Shown: piece after piece, positions 13,157-28,100 of the stretch
Numbering within the stretch: the stretch's first letter is position 1
Layout: every line of letters begins with the position of its first letter
Assembly (NCBI GenBank): GCA_965637545.1
Contig: OZ281498.1
Coordinates: 2,170,001 to 2,234,000, forward strand
Length of the DNA: 64,000 nt
Reading direction: 5' to 3'
Source of the DNA: Phallusia mammillata
Lineage: Eukaryota
Notes under the pieces: model-generated
What the model was told of the DNA's origin: nothing
Databases searched by the model: none
The model's input: only the letters and a program-made list of their open reading frames with translations
Position numbers and translations under genes: made by a program

Positions 13157-16100
13157 GTAGGATTAAAGTGAATGCGATTCGTATCCCGGTGACGACGTAA
13201 GGATTAAATTCAGCTAATTTATGTCCCGCTCAGACTGTGAAGGGTGTGAATAAACCAAAGGTCCTCTTATGCAACGTTGACCGAAGAACCAATGACCCAA
13301 AGTTACCCTTGTTGCGTTTCAAACTTGACCTTTGAGCGCAACACACTATCTGAACATGTGATAATGTTCACTTTGACCCCTGCTTTCGGCTGCCTGACGT
13401 TACGTTTTCGTTAAGACGTCAACTTTTTATTCAGCTGAAAGAGAATTGCCCCAAAGGTCAAATTGGAACTGAAACATTCCCTTAATTTCACGTTTTATAG
13501 TATATTGCGTAGGGCTTCATACTAGATTTCAAATAAAAGCATAAACTCTGCAAAATGTCTTTGCTTGCTTGGACGCGCAAAACTCGCTTGAAAACCCAGT
13601 CCTTTCGCAAGGTTACGTGTGAACAAGCGGTCACAATCACGATCTCAGGAAGTTGTCGACGAAAGTCAATCCCTACTTACTACAAGCAGGTGGCAATTAT
13701 TCTTACTAGCTTGGGGCGAGAGGTGACCGGGCTCTCACTCAATCGCCGGGGTTGGAAATTAAATTTCAAGCACTGCCCGGCTAACAGGGAGGGTTCTTAC
13801 CTTGAAAACACGTCGATTGGCGGCTAGCACGGCGCGAATTTGCGGTGGCGCGCTCAAATTCACAGCACACGTAATAAATGACCTTGAATGTTGATGAACG
13901 AACTTGACCGAACTTAGACCTTCAGTCAACCCTAGATTACAACTATATTTGTGTTTTTGCCCCACACTGTATTATCTGTACACTATGCATTATGGCGTCA
14001 TAACGATAACGTCTTCAGTTTTTGTCATTCGTACTAAACAATCGACAATCGCGCAAACGATTCGTACGTTCTATAATATCTCTTTGGTGCTCAGAAAATC
14101 TCGCGCACGGTTTCCATGACAACCAACTCGTGGTCCCGATCCGTCTTCATCACGTGACCGGACACCCGGTCCACCACGGACGTCACTTCCGGAAGCGCGC
14201 CAACGAAGAACATCCGAAGCGCGAACGACGAAGAAAAAGAGAAATCAGCGACGAAGCATATAGCCATTATGACGTCACACGGCGCGCTATGTTTGACTTT
14301 ATTCCGGGACGATACCGGAACGATACGCGAAACGATGACGATATTATCGACCAGCAACATTTGGATCATAGATTCGCAAATTTTTCGCTCGATGCCTTCG
14401 GGGAAAGGTTCCATTTACATTTGACCCCCTACGACGGGTTCCTGGCTCCCAATTATACCCTCCACTACATGGGTAACGCTGAGAAAGAAGGGTTCAAGGG
14501 AGCGTATCTGGGTGTGCCACGTCATTGTTTCTACTCTGGTCACGTGAACGGAAACCCTGACCACAAGGCGGTTCTGTCCGTGTGCTCGGGATTGGTGAGT
14601 TACTTTGTTTATTTTGTTGCTGCATTTTGGAATTTTTTTGTCAGCAAAACCTACGCTTTGTAAAACTATCAAGCCGTAAGCATACACACGATGCACTTCA
14701 GCATCTGTGGGTTATGTCTCTGACCAAACTCGCGATATTTAAAAGTTATCAAGAAAAGCCCAAAGGTTTGCAGTTCGAATCCAACCGCAGACGTATGCCT
14801 AAAAAAGTTTTTTCCAATCTAGGCTATACTCGAAATTTCATTATTTGAAGTTTTCTTGTACAATTTCTAATTAAAATTACATCTTGGATAGAAAGAATTT
14901 ATTGTCAAAAACCTTAATGTCAAAGAAATAATCGCGTACACACCCAAAAGATTGAACCTTTTCGAAACAAATGCTGTTTTATTCTGTGTTCGGTGTGGCG
15001 TAACGCAGCGGCAACACTTGCAAACAGAAGATTCCATTCTTCTCAAACGCACGCGCATTCTTTATCCATTGTTTCTGCGTTCGATTTCCCGTAGCAACGT
15101 CCAATAAATTTCACCTTCCAATGTTGCGCTGCAGGTTTTGCAAATCTCTGTGCAAGTTTTACCCATTTTGTCTACGTTAGAAGAATACGGTATAATAAAG
15201 GAAGCCAAAACAATAGTCGAAATCTAAACAATTGTTTTTGGCTTTTATGGAAAACAGTGCGTATTCTCTTGTCATACAAAGTCGGTTTATATAAATTATG
15301 TGCACACAATCGGGTTTTTAATTAGTTTGCTACATTTGTTCTTTATGTTCATTGGCGTAGCTTATATCAAAATGCACCAATCTCGGCATTTAGAGAAGAT
15401 AAGTTTTAAGGTTGACTGCGCGAAGCTCATAAAGCAACCGGCAAACTTGCTTTGAAACAATTTCAAAATTATAAAGCAACGTATACATGTTGGGCGTGTC
15501 AATAAATTTTGCCACAAAAACCGAACCGGGAACCGCCCATGCACAATCCCCCCCTTTCTCTCCGCGACCCCGAAATGAACCTCACGCGTTCTAGAATTGA
15601 GCACGCGCCGATTGCAGAACAAACGCGCGAGAAAGAGCTCGTTCGAGTTGCCGTGTTTATTTATATCCGACCGGACGTGTTTTATTCTAACGAGGGCTGC
15701 ACATAGCCCCGGGGGCCGTACTTCTCTTCCGCTTCGACTTGTTGCAAAACGACGCGAGCTCCTGAGCATTGTGACGTCATCCTCGCGGTATGAGCATGCC
15801 GGGGATTTGTAGAACGTCCAGGTTGCACGCAAGTGTTGCGGATTAGCGACAGAAGTGGGCAGTGTTTCACATTGGGAATTTTTTGCTTGTACTGTGGGTG
15901 ATATTTCGAAAATTTGGAAACACTGCTGCAATAATAGAGGCTCAGTATGTTTTGCAACGTAAGGTTTAGGTATGATGTTGTACATACTGCATAAATATCG
16001 TTTGTTAAGAGATAGCCGTGCCCTTCATTGTTCAGCCTCCAATCTAAACATATCGCACCAGTAACGCACCAGTTTACAATGCACAAAAACGCGGTTTTAG

Positions 16101-19100
16101 GTACGTGCGTCCGAATGTAAAAGTTTAATTTTCGTCACAACCGTTGCTTAAGATAACTCCCAGAAAACCTTCAAAATCTTGCGTAAACATCACTTTACTT
16201 CAAACAATAAAACCATTCCAGTAGCAACATGACAAACCCACAAAACTGCCGCACACCTGATTGTGTAAATGCCAAAGTCGCGATTCGTTCCAAAGCATTG
16301 TTAAAAGGCTTCATGACGTCACAGTGTAACGCTATCGTTTTTGTTCTGAATGATATTTAGAATGAAATCGGTCGTCACTTTCGTCGATTGTCTAGTTAAG
16401 CAGGGGATTGTTACGTAATACGGCGCTGTAATAATGGTGTATTTGATCATGAATTTGGTTGTTTGTGTTTTCTTGTCATTTGTGACAATGGGTCAAAAAT
16501 AACGAACAATTGCCGATTGTTCAGAAGTAGAACTGTTAGACTGTTGAAACTGGTTGTTGACAATTGTCGAGTGTTAGTCACCTTTCAAATATAATTTGTC
16601 ACAATTTGTTCAAAACGAAAATTACCATTTTTACAATATTCTTTCATTGTCTACTGTAAGCAGAAAGAAAGTTACAAAAATAGATTTACGTTTGTTAGAC
16701 ACATTTCAATCCGTTATTTTCATACTTTTTCATTGGAAATATTACGTTCTTTGGGAAGTTAGCACAATATAAGTCAAATCCTTAACCAAATCCTCATTAC
16801 AGCATTTTACAATGTAACCTTGCCGCAAATTGCTCAGTTCCAAATCTCTCGCTAATCTTCTCATCGAGGTTTAGCAAATAATGAGAGCCTTCCGCAAAAA
16901 CTGGAGCCGTGTAAATTTGTAAATCCGCTAGCGTCACCGCAAAATCGCATGGTAACCGCTCGCATTCCAGTGGCGCGCTTGAAGCTTTGTCTCATTCAAA
17001 AACCGGCGTTTTTTTAAACTTCATGTTTGCTTTTGTCTGAGCTATCATATTGTTGTGGATATATGCGTACTATGCTAATCTGATCACGGATTTGTAAAAA
17101 TATCACGGTAACGAACGAATTTAGTGTATTTGAATACAGGATGCTTTAAGACTATTTGGTTCTTTACGTAAAACGTAACAATCATTCAAGTGTACAATTT
17201 GTTTTGTTTGTTTTTTGGAGCTGCTTAATTTGCCACTGGAAGTTATTTAGCTTAATCTCAACGGAAACGTAAATTTGTGAATATGGAAAAAAAATCATGA
17301 CTTTGGCAAACCTAAATTTTGTTACATAATATTTTATTGATTAAAGGCCTTTAAGATATAATAAACATTTGAGATAAAACATTGGGATGTAATAAATGAA
17401 CAAATTGCAAGTTTCAGCCACTGTCAGTTGGAGAAATCGCAGCATTTTTGTGGCGAGCTGTGCAGTTCAGGAGTGTTGAAGTTCATTGACACAAACCTCT
17501 TAAAAGCACTTAACGACGAAGTTTCAAGGCCAACACCTGGTCCAATCACCTGTTTTTTGCGTAAAAAAAATTGTCTGTCGCAACTGCGCCCAAATTCCAA
17601 GCACAATTTTCTGCAATACCTCATAGGTTCGACCTCTTTGAGTTTTTTGCTTGGTTTGAAAATCGTGCCTGCTTTACCCAAGAAACCTCTATGATCACAA
17701 CCTGTGACAGAAATAATCGAACTATCAGGCAGAATTGTCGTTGGTCACATCAAAGTGGATTTAAATTGCACATTTCGCCAAATTATTTCGAAATGGCGGC
17801 ACCGTCTTTGTTGTTAAGTCGTAGATTCTATTTGAATAAGAATTTTGTAGTTTTGGTATAAACTTGTTGTGAGCCGCATTTAAAGCTGTTTAAACGAGAT
17901 TTTAGAAACTTTGATAGCAATCTATTGTTGGTGACACTGCCTTTGTTGTAAAATCATGTGTTTCATTGTATTCGAATAAGATTTGTGTCAACTAATATAA
18001 ACTTGTCGTGAATAGTATTAAAAGCGTTTTTTGGAGATTTTGAAGGCATTAATATCAAATATCAAAGACAAAAGTAACATCTTTAAGCGGGTTATGGTCC
18101 GGCTTTGTAAATCTTCAATGGCAAAACTGCCTTTGTACAAAGGTGTGATATATTCTATTTGAAAAAGGGTGCAATTTCTAAGAAGTAATATTTAACCTGC
18201 TACAACGTGTAAGTAACTTTTAAAGTGGGTTTTAGTGAGTTGGAGAAATTGCCAAAGACAGAGACTTTTGTTTTGACTTCACTTTGTTATCTACTCGAAT
18301 CTTGCGGCAGTAAAAGTGCCTCACACTCTCCACGCTCAATGAATCGCGCACAAACCCTCCGTAATCCATTTAAACGATGACAATTGGCAATTTTAGGTTG
18401 ACCGCGGTGTTCGATGTCGTAAAACAGGTGGCAGAAAGATTCTAGAATCATTTTCCGAACTCTCAAAGTTGCCCAGTGGCGCATTCTTGCTCGGGTCCAT
18501 TTGAAACCGTCACGCTCTTGCAAAGCTAGTTATGAAGACACAATGAGGGCATTGTGACAGAACAAGGCCCTACGACAAGGGGCACAAACGTAAATAAAAA
18601 CAATTCACTTTTTCACGCAAACTAGGGGTTGTGTTTCAAGATAAGAGAGATTTGCTTTGGAGTTTTTTCGCATGTGAAGGTCACATGTCTCGTGGAATTT
18701 GACACTAAATCATTTTAAGACGTAACTCCTTAAATCTACATATTTTTTTTACAATGTTGAAACTAAAGATTTTTCCCGCTGTTTTGCGCAAGATTTTACA
18801 GTACAATGAGTTTATTCTCTTGTTCATTGTTTTTGTTTCAAACCAGTGTTGCCGGTGTCGCTTTCGAATTGTTGTCGGTTGAATTTAGAACGGAAACGCG
18901 AAAGTGGAAACGAACTTGTTATGCTCTGCTGCTTTCGAACGTTTTGATTGATCATCGACAATGCCGTCACAAAGGACACATTGTAACTTGACAATAGCTG
19001 GTCCCAAAGTGGGATTACTGGGGTTTTGGGGTAATAATCCACCTGGACCTGGTGCTGTCAATTATAGAGGCAACATTTTGGGTGATTTAGGGGTAAAGGA

Positions 19101-22100
19101 AACAGCGAATTGCCCCCAAACTATCTGATTTCACCTCAATGCCGTGCACCCTTTGTTACGTAACCGCGATTCACGTATTCGAGAACGATATATTTGTTTG
19201 CAGTTTGGCGCGTTCCGCACCGGAACCTCAGACTTCCTTATCCAACCGCAGCAAGCCGAGAAGTATGACGTCAACAATGAAGATGACGTCACGGGTGATG
19301 ACGACAGCGAAGAGGGGACGAAGCCGCACCGAATTTTCAAACGCAGTTCGCGAACTTCGGCTGATAAAGGTCGTGAACTCTGCGCGTTCAAAGGTACGTC
19401 GTAAGGGTAAACCCTGTTTTACGTATCAACGAGTGTTTTACGCATTAAACGATACAAAATTGTCGGGGTAATATTAAAGATACAGTTCTGTAATCAGACC
19501 AGGTTCCTTTACAACTATTGCATAGTTCACCGAGTGCACCAACGGTACCAAACACTTCGCCACTTAACGTCAATTGCAGATATATAGCGTCGTACCGAAT
19601 GCATGTAATGTCGAATAGTTATTGCAACCTTTGTATGTATGCTGTCAAGCGTGACCGCCACGTGACTTTGTAACTTGCATCGTGGCCAACGCCAATTGAC
19701 CTCTACTAATTATACATGACAGACACACGCGTTAGTGACATCACAATGAAAACATTATGGCGTCGTGTCTGCAGCTGCATTCGCGCCGTTTCAGACAACA
19801 TTGTGTCGCCATTGTGACATCTGTAATGAGATTGTTACCATCTGTGTGACAGACAATAGCTGTCGTGTTCATTAGGTTTTGATCATAAAACGTCCATTGC
19901 TTACGGTTCCGAATTATTATTTAGCAATTATGACGTCACACGTACGTAAATAGGTTGTTGTTACGTCACTTTGTAATGGGGATATTTGTACCCGGTAAAT
20001 ATAACTGATAGCCGGGTCTATGAATTGAACTGACATTTGCTTAAAGACCGGGCGTCTGCCAATATGTTACATTGATAACATTCCTACTCAACTAACATGT
20101 TGTAGCTGATGGGTGTATGTAGGTTCGTATCTAAGTAAACACTCACCTATCAATGTACACAAATGAACTGAGACGTGGTACCGGAGATACACCAAACTTT
20201 ATAGAGACTTTTTACACGCAATACCTTCGTAGAGCTATTTTTAACCGCTATAAAAATCAAAGAATTTTAGGTGTTGAATTTTTACAACACAACAAAACAA
20301 CACAAATTCTGTAACGGGTTTGTTAAAAACCATCGAACATTGAAGCATGTGGGGTGTCATGGAATATAGTTTAAATCACAAGTAGCGTTTACCAAAAACT
20401 TTGCTTCAAGCTTAAAACTGTTTTTTTTTGTATGACTTTCAAAGCTTCCACACACTGTAAATTATTTCTGCACATCATTACTTTGATTGACTGCACAAGG
20501 CTTGTTCGTCAAACCATTTTAGTTCTTTAACGTTGCTTCTCGTAAAAACAAATTGCAAATAACTTTGTATTTTAAACCGCACATACTTGTCCGCATTAAT
20601 TATATTGCTAAAAACACGCGGTTGGCTGCACGAAGCTGGCTGGGAACCCGCTTTAAGTAGGTGAAGCGAGTTTAGGCGAACAAAACACAACAAGGACTAT
20701 CTTTGTGCTCATTTCCTTATTCGTCACGATCAGAATGGGATAATTATCGATTTGCTGACGACCGGGTGTGTAACGTTTCCTCCTGTAAATTACCATGTAT
20801 TAAGTGGGAAAGTTCAGCACTGCAAGAACCTGTTTCTCACGTGTATTTGATCTGAATGAGGGACTTCTGGATCATTTAGACTTTGCACCACAATTTTGAT
20901 GAACTGCAGTTTTATTAGTTTTCTCTTCATTACTTTATTTGGACCGATTCGAATTTGGGAATTCGTCAGGGCGAAAAGAATGTAGAATATTTTTGCTGGT
21001 TAAAGTTTGTTCGAAATTCCATTAAAGATATAGGCCAAATTTCAAATATACCTTTTGAAATACTCTTCGCAATAAACACAAGCAATTGTTGAGTGTAAAA
21101 ATGTTAATAGTTGAGTAATTGATTGCAAAAGTGTGTTAAGTGTTTAATTGAATAGGCCTTTCGATTTTCAGAAAATTTCATAATAGCAACAAAATCAGAA
21201 TACAAAGCAACTACTCCAAATGTAACATTAGCACTGTTTAATGCATAAACATACGCTTATTAAACCGACAAGTTTTTGCTTGAAACAACCATTGAGTTTT
21301 TGTATCAGCCTCGTCCAGTGAGTAGGGCCTGGGGGTTGAAGTGTTGGACAGCGTCAGATATTCACCGATTCCTTCATTGGTTTCCGTTGCACTTGAAAAC
21401 CTGAGCAGATGTCCTTGCTCTCAAGTTGAACCGTCAACAAATCGATGACGTCATTCTCTTTGTGACCACGAGGAGACTTGATCGTTACGCTTGAGTGCCC
21501 GACCGTAGCGTCTACTTCAAATGTCCACCGCTCATTTTAAGTAAACAATAATGAAACTTGCTACCTTTCCAAAACTCTTCATCATTATTGTATTAAAATG
21601 GTTGCCTGTCTACTTTGGAATACACGGATCTGTTCTGAAGCTTACTCACTGGTAATGACATAAGCCTTTGCCGAAACGTTTAAAGAATAATGCATTTTGC
21701 TTTTTACTTCTATTTGGGTCGTTATGTTCGTACGTAATGAAACGTTGTATGATAATCTTGTTGTTTGGAAATAAGTCCTTTTTGGTCATATTTGGCTTTT
21801 TAAGATCGCCACGGATGGTTGCACAAAGCTTGCTTGCAACCCACTGCGTGGAAAGCAACGATTTCTAACTTATACGCATATATTCTGCCGTCTTCGATGC
21901 CACCAAAGAAGTCAACGCGTAAAAGGGTCATTATCTTTCACCTGATACCTGTAATAGCTTTCTTATACTTATTCTGGCTTTAGATGTGCCAAAAGTGTCA
22001 GGTCTATTTCATCTCCAAGTTCAAGGTCTTGATCCAACTTAATCCCTAAGATATTTTAGACCTTCAAGGTCATTTCACACTGAAACTACGACACCCTTGT

Positions 22101-25100
22101 ATATTTGACCTTGACCTATTTAAGCAGGTTTTCCAACGAGGTTCGTTTTGTCGATCGTGTGTATTCTTTTATAGTTGTTATACCGAGATGAAGATAGACT
22201 TATACAACAGAACTGTTTTTCACAATATTTTAAATTGCATATTCAGTGTATTTTGCAACTTATTTTTGCAGTTAACTTTAACGAAACTCGCTGGGTAATC
22301 TGCTTTGAAGGTACTTTGGCGATTGTTTGAAAATTTGTCAAAAAAGTGAACTTGTAAAAGTATCAGTAAATTACAAGTGGGTTTCGTGAAAGTTTCTATC
22401 CTTCAAATGCATTTAGACTTTCTCAAATAGATATAATAATTTGTTTATCAAACTGATCGCTCGACGCATCCATCATTATTTGGTCACAATTAAACTTATT
22501 GTTCCAACATCATAGTTGACTTCGTTTATTTATCCCCTTCTTTCTCATCAATCAAAAACTATGTTTCCGGAACATTCACTAAAATCGAATAAATGATTGT
22601 TCTCTCATTATTACGCCGCCCACTGAGCAGTGTTAGCAAACAATCGTCGTTTGTCGTACACAAAGGAATTGTGGAATGTTTCTTCTGTTCTGTGTTGGGT
22701 CGCCACTTACCACCACTTGTTCGGTTTCAACCGACAAGACAGATCAGTTGACCGGTTACCATACACTCTCCAGCCCTGACGACCACCCATGAACATTGTT
22801 CGTCAGTTTGTGGTTCTTTGTGGCAGTTTGTGGTTAAAATGTCAGCTTCGAAGGTCGATTGATCCATAATCACGCATTTCAGGGTTTGGTTGTAGACTTT
22901 CTTTGGCTCTTTCCTGCCCAAATCCACATTCAAGCGTTCAATTTACCTAAAAGATCATTTACTTCTTTCCTAACATTCCATATACCGTAAATTTTGAAAG
23001 AAACTAATTAAAATGATAAAGGTAAAGCGTTCCTAAAATACAACTGCATAAATTTATCCTGAAAAGGGCCAAAAACGTTCAGTTTGTGAAGTTGATTAAA
23101 CACTGCATGGAAACAAATTATATTTACAAAGTTTGGCACATAGGACTTCAAATGTGCTGCAGATCCAAAAACTGTTAATCTAAGTGTAAAATATAAAGTT
23201 TGGATTTCTGAAATGTGCAGTGGATTTACAAATCTTGAAGGTTTCAAACTTGTACAAAGTTGTTCGCCAAGTCAGAAACACAAGCGTACAAAGTGTCCTT
23301 AGCGTCAGAAGAAGCAAACAAACAAAGTGGTCGACTTTCTCTTCAAGTAGTTCCACTCAAGTAGCATGGAAGAAATCTCAACCTGTTGCTTCCAGCTATC
23401 AGGCTTGGTTAACTTGCCATTTGTTTACATTGCAGTTGCAAGCGGTCTTTCATCTTTCAGGCTTAACATAATTCACCCCTTTGAAGTTCCCCGTCTGACT
23501 GGGGCCGCTCTACGGGTAAAAAACGCGGCCTTAAGTGGGTAAATGGGGCCATGGGGCGAATACAATGCGGTAATGGGGGTAACTGATGGCCCAGTTGGGT
23601 GAATGTCCTCAAGTCGTTCAAGTTGATGTACAGTTGTAAAATTTTATTTTTATGTATTTTTTCGGTATATAGGGTTGAACCTTTTAATAATCACTTACTT
23701 CAAACATTTTTTAAACCTCATTACTAAATCATGTTGCGCAAAACGTTGTTAAATACCAAGTTTTACGACTTTAACACTTTCACAGTTGGAGTTTGAACTC
23801 TTGTCGTTAAATCAGTTCCCATGAAATTACATCAGTGCTAAAGTTAATCATGCGTGCTCAAATACGCGCCAAACTAATCTATTTGAACTATTGGCACGCA
23901 ATAAAGTCCATTGTTTGTCTTTTCCGGTTACAATTGCCTTCTTTATTGCGTCATAAAACTTTGTATTGTCGAATCAAGTTGTTTGTTGAAGTTAAATATT
24001 TCGTTCAGATGTTAACGTCACACCACAGATTGTTACGTCACATATATTATTTCACTGCGTTCTAAACCTACAAACATTGGTTTGTTAAGTCATAATTTCG
24101 CATTGCTACGTCATAAACATAATTCTTTGAACGGAGTTTTGCAAGGAGAAAAGCTTTTTAACAACTTTTTTAGCAAACGTTTTACTTAAATAACTGAAAT
24201 AAAGTTTTTTTACGACTATTTTTAATATTGTGTCCAAAAAAGCTCATCTCATAAACGCAGAAAGTTTTCCCACAATTCCTGTCGCGCCGAGTCACGCCTC
24301 CCTGCTTTTACAAGTGGTCGTGGTCGTGCGCAGTGAGGCATGAAAGAACCTCCTCATTCTATTTCATTTCGTGGGTTCTTGTTCCCGCAAAAAATGAAAC
24401 CAAACCACATCGGTCACAATGCATCTAAAAGTTGTTGTGAGGTTAAGAAACAACAAGTTATTACGCAACAATGGCTATTATTCCCGAATAAAACACTTTA
24501 CACTCGCCGACTATAGCTTAAAATCACAAGACTTAACTTAAAGCATTCAACTTAATTTTTTTGTTTCTTAGATCCCGCACCCGAAGAGTTCGGGGAATCC
24601 CCACCGTCTAGTAACTTTGACGACGAAATCATTCACAAAATGCGGAGAAAATCCGAATCGGCGCGAAAACTGTCGTATCCGTGGCAACAAGCTCGGCTCC
24701 TTGCCAACGAGCGACGCTCACGTGACCGGATGACGTCACGGACGCGCGACAGGCTCGTTTCTATGGCAACCGGATCTAGAGAGCGCCCTCTGCTGCTCAG
24801 GAGACTCGCTAACCTCAAAATTCCGCGGGTCCGGCGTTCGATTGTGACGTCACAAGGTCATGGTGACGTAACAAGCGATGACGTGGAGAGATCGCGACGG
24901 AAGAGATACTTGTCTTATCCTCGCAATGTTGAAGTGATGGTGACTGCGGATAATATGATGGTTCATTCACATGATGATGTCGAACACTACGTTCTCACTC
25001 TTATGGCGATCGTAAGTTTGTTTTTCGTTTACTTTGTAATCCTATCTATCAAAGATAAATTCTTACAAGGTTTTGCTGCTTAACCATTATACTGATGACA

Positions 25101-28100
25101 ACAATTGGTAAAATATTTGTAATAGAATGCACTCGTAATCCATACGAGCTAACAAAATACATGCAGCAAGTCATTTTTTGCCAAACTAAGTCCGTGTCTA
25201 ATGTCTCTGTTAGTTACTTCGTGTGACAAATGTGGTTTAGTCGTATATGTTTAATAGATAAACAATGCAAGGAGAAAAAATATATGCAAACTGTTTATGA
25301 GTAAAAAAAGTTTAAATGATTAAAAAAGCAGAAATATGGACCGTCCTTACAATTGACTTTTAACCTTGTAGTGATTGTTTTCTTCAAAACATGTGGTTCC
25401 GGAAGGTTGAATCACTTCGATTCAATGTTAACCACGTGACACATGTAAAACATCGACAATCGCTTGTTTAACATTTCTATGTTTCCTGTGTCCTATGACG
25501 TGATATAATGTAGAACATCTCATCACAAATCTTTAAACAGGAAGATGTTTTTCAAGTCTTTCATTAGCTTACGTGATAAAAAAGAATGCTGCCTTGTTTT
25601 TGTGATATTGACAGACAAACCAAGCTAGTTATAAATTTTATCAGCTTAATTTACTTATTCAAATAGAACCGCTACGCTTTGATCGAGTTTGGTGTGGCTA
25701 GTTATACTTTTTTGTGACTTTTGGTAGGGTTATGAACTTTGGTGGTTCAGGAGTTTTTATTTTTCAATAGTTCTTTAGATTTAAAACCATTAATAGTGTT
25801 GATGTGTTTGTGAAAAACATCAAATGCACATGTTAAAACTATTGCGATTTGGTTGTTTTGGTTAACTTGGTGCGTTGTACATTTATGTTGCACTAACACA
25901 GCCGCAGACATGGTGTTCACCAATGGTTTGGAAAATTCGTTCCGAGCACAACACAACCACCCTTTGTTCGATTCATATCCATCTCCGGTGCTATAAAGCT
26001 GTAGTTCGCCTAATTTCGTGATCGAAAATCCCGCAAACTCCCATTAATTTCCTCGAAGCCTTCGCACCGCCGGCGCACAGAGGTTACTATTGTGAGGTGT
26101 AGCCTGCCAGTCAGCTGTTGTGGTCAACTTTGGTGTTTCTTATCTTTCCATGTTGTCGGTTGCTAACTGTGCCTGGTTCTCATCAAACGAACAATGTCAC
26201 TTTAATTCCTTCCCAAGGTCAAGTTTGCTTTAATCATGTGGGAATTAACAAGTGCTTAAAAGCATTTTTATACGATTTGTTTAAATTCACCCTTTCTATA
26301 GCAATAAGAAACACAGGAACCGCGTTTTATGCGTCTAACCAATATCAGTTCAGTTCTTTCTCAAAGTCAAGTTTGCTTTGATCATGTGGGAATTGACAAG
26401 AACATTTCAATACGAAATCGTTGTTTCATAAAACTACCCTTTTCATAGCATTAAGAAACAGAGGAACAGCGTTTTATGCGTCTATATTAGTAGTGGGCGT
26501 TAAAGATGAATGCGTAAAGCATGGTATAAAACCCGCTTTTAGCCTCAAGTCGTAAATGTTGAATTAGTGTTACGACCGCTATAAGCTGATGAAGCTCTCC
26601 GATCACGCAACAACATTTCGCTTCGTAGCTGAGTTAGTGTTTAATATAACATCATGGCAACCTTTTATGTTTTGATTGACGTTTATTTACCTGCCTGCGC
26701 CGTCAAGTCGAAATGTTTCCACCCAGTCATGACCTTTGAACCGTGTTTAATGCCGTTGCTCAGAATTGCGGGATAAGCTTTGTCACGTCACAGACACATG
26801 GTGAAAACAGCGAGCAAATAATTTTTCTCAGATTGTTTAAACTAGTGTTTTGGAAATATTTTTTCTGTACCCCATAATAAATAGGCATGAAATGCAACTT
26901 TTAACAGAAAAAACAGCAAACAATTTTATGTTTGTCTATGGGTTTCATGTCAAAAGTACCTATTATGGGAACATTTGACCAAATGCGGATTTCGAAAAAG
27001 GTCACTTTGCATTTGAAACCGGATTTTTGTTTCTCATTTTTCTAATATTCGCAATGTTTACCCCAAAACAATAAACCGTAATTTAAAGTCTTTTAGGAGC
27101 GGAAGACGATCTTAAATTTGAGACGAAAACACGCAATCCCCTATTTCCTATCTACCACGTCACTTGAAGTTGTCTCTTAACTTAGTTTTAACCAAATATG
27201 AGAGTACCACTTAACAATCACCACATTCTAGTAGAAGTACTTGTGATTATTACGTCACGGAGCTAGCTCACTTAGCATTCCAAAGCGGCACCACAAGGTG
27301 AACTGCAGATTACGTCATTGCCTTTTCGGCGCATTTCAGAGGAAATGTTGCGTTTGGACAAAGTACTAGAAACTAGAGAGGCGCAAATTTCATTGTTTTA
27401 CCTGAACTTTTGTTACGACATAAGTTACGTAATGTTTTGTGTTCTCGTATGATTGTTGAGTAAACAATGGTTGCGGATGGTAATTGGGACAGTTGTGTAG
27501 AAGTGATGGAGAATGGAACTTTGTTGTAGAAGTAAAGCTACGTTTCTCAAACAGTTTTGGGGGCTTGAACTATTTTGCCACAGTATAACCACTGGCAGAC
27601 TTCATTTAAATGTAAATAATGAAAACAACAATGAGTTGACAATCAATTGTATATCATGAGGTGGTCACGGAAAATATTTGACCGACTCACCAAAATCTTT
27701 CACAGATTTAGGGTTAAAAGTCGTCTTAAATTGCTCTGATTGCGAGCTCTCAACAAGACTATTTCATCAGAAACAAATACATATGATATACACGTGTCAG
27801 TTGGTAACACAGAGCATCATTCATTCACACAATTCTGCGGTTAATGGCTCAACAGTTCGACGGCTTGCGGTTAGACAGCTGCACGGATTATCAGCACATA
27901 TCAGCATTGTGGCGCAGTGTATTACAATACGACGGTTTGGAACTGATAGGCACGTAAGAGGCAAAGTCGTATTAGCTGTTTTCATGTTAGAATCATTATG
28001 TATTATATATGTTTTTTCATACAACAAACTTTTGAGACAAACAAAACAATACAATGACTTGTTTTGGCGGAATCGTGTACGATAAAGGTATCTGTCGTTG

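Noticed and set aside
15362-15985. 207-aa minus-strand ORF, the longest non-ADAMTS ORF in the track
   Set aside because: No recognisable motif; it overlaps a CpG-rich patch where stops are naturally scarcer; shadow ORFs exist in other frames.
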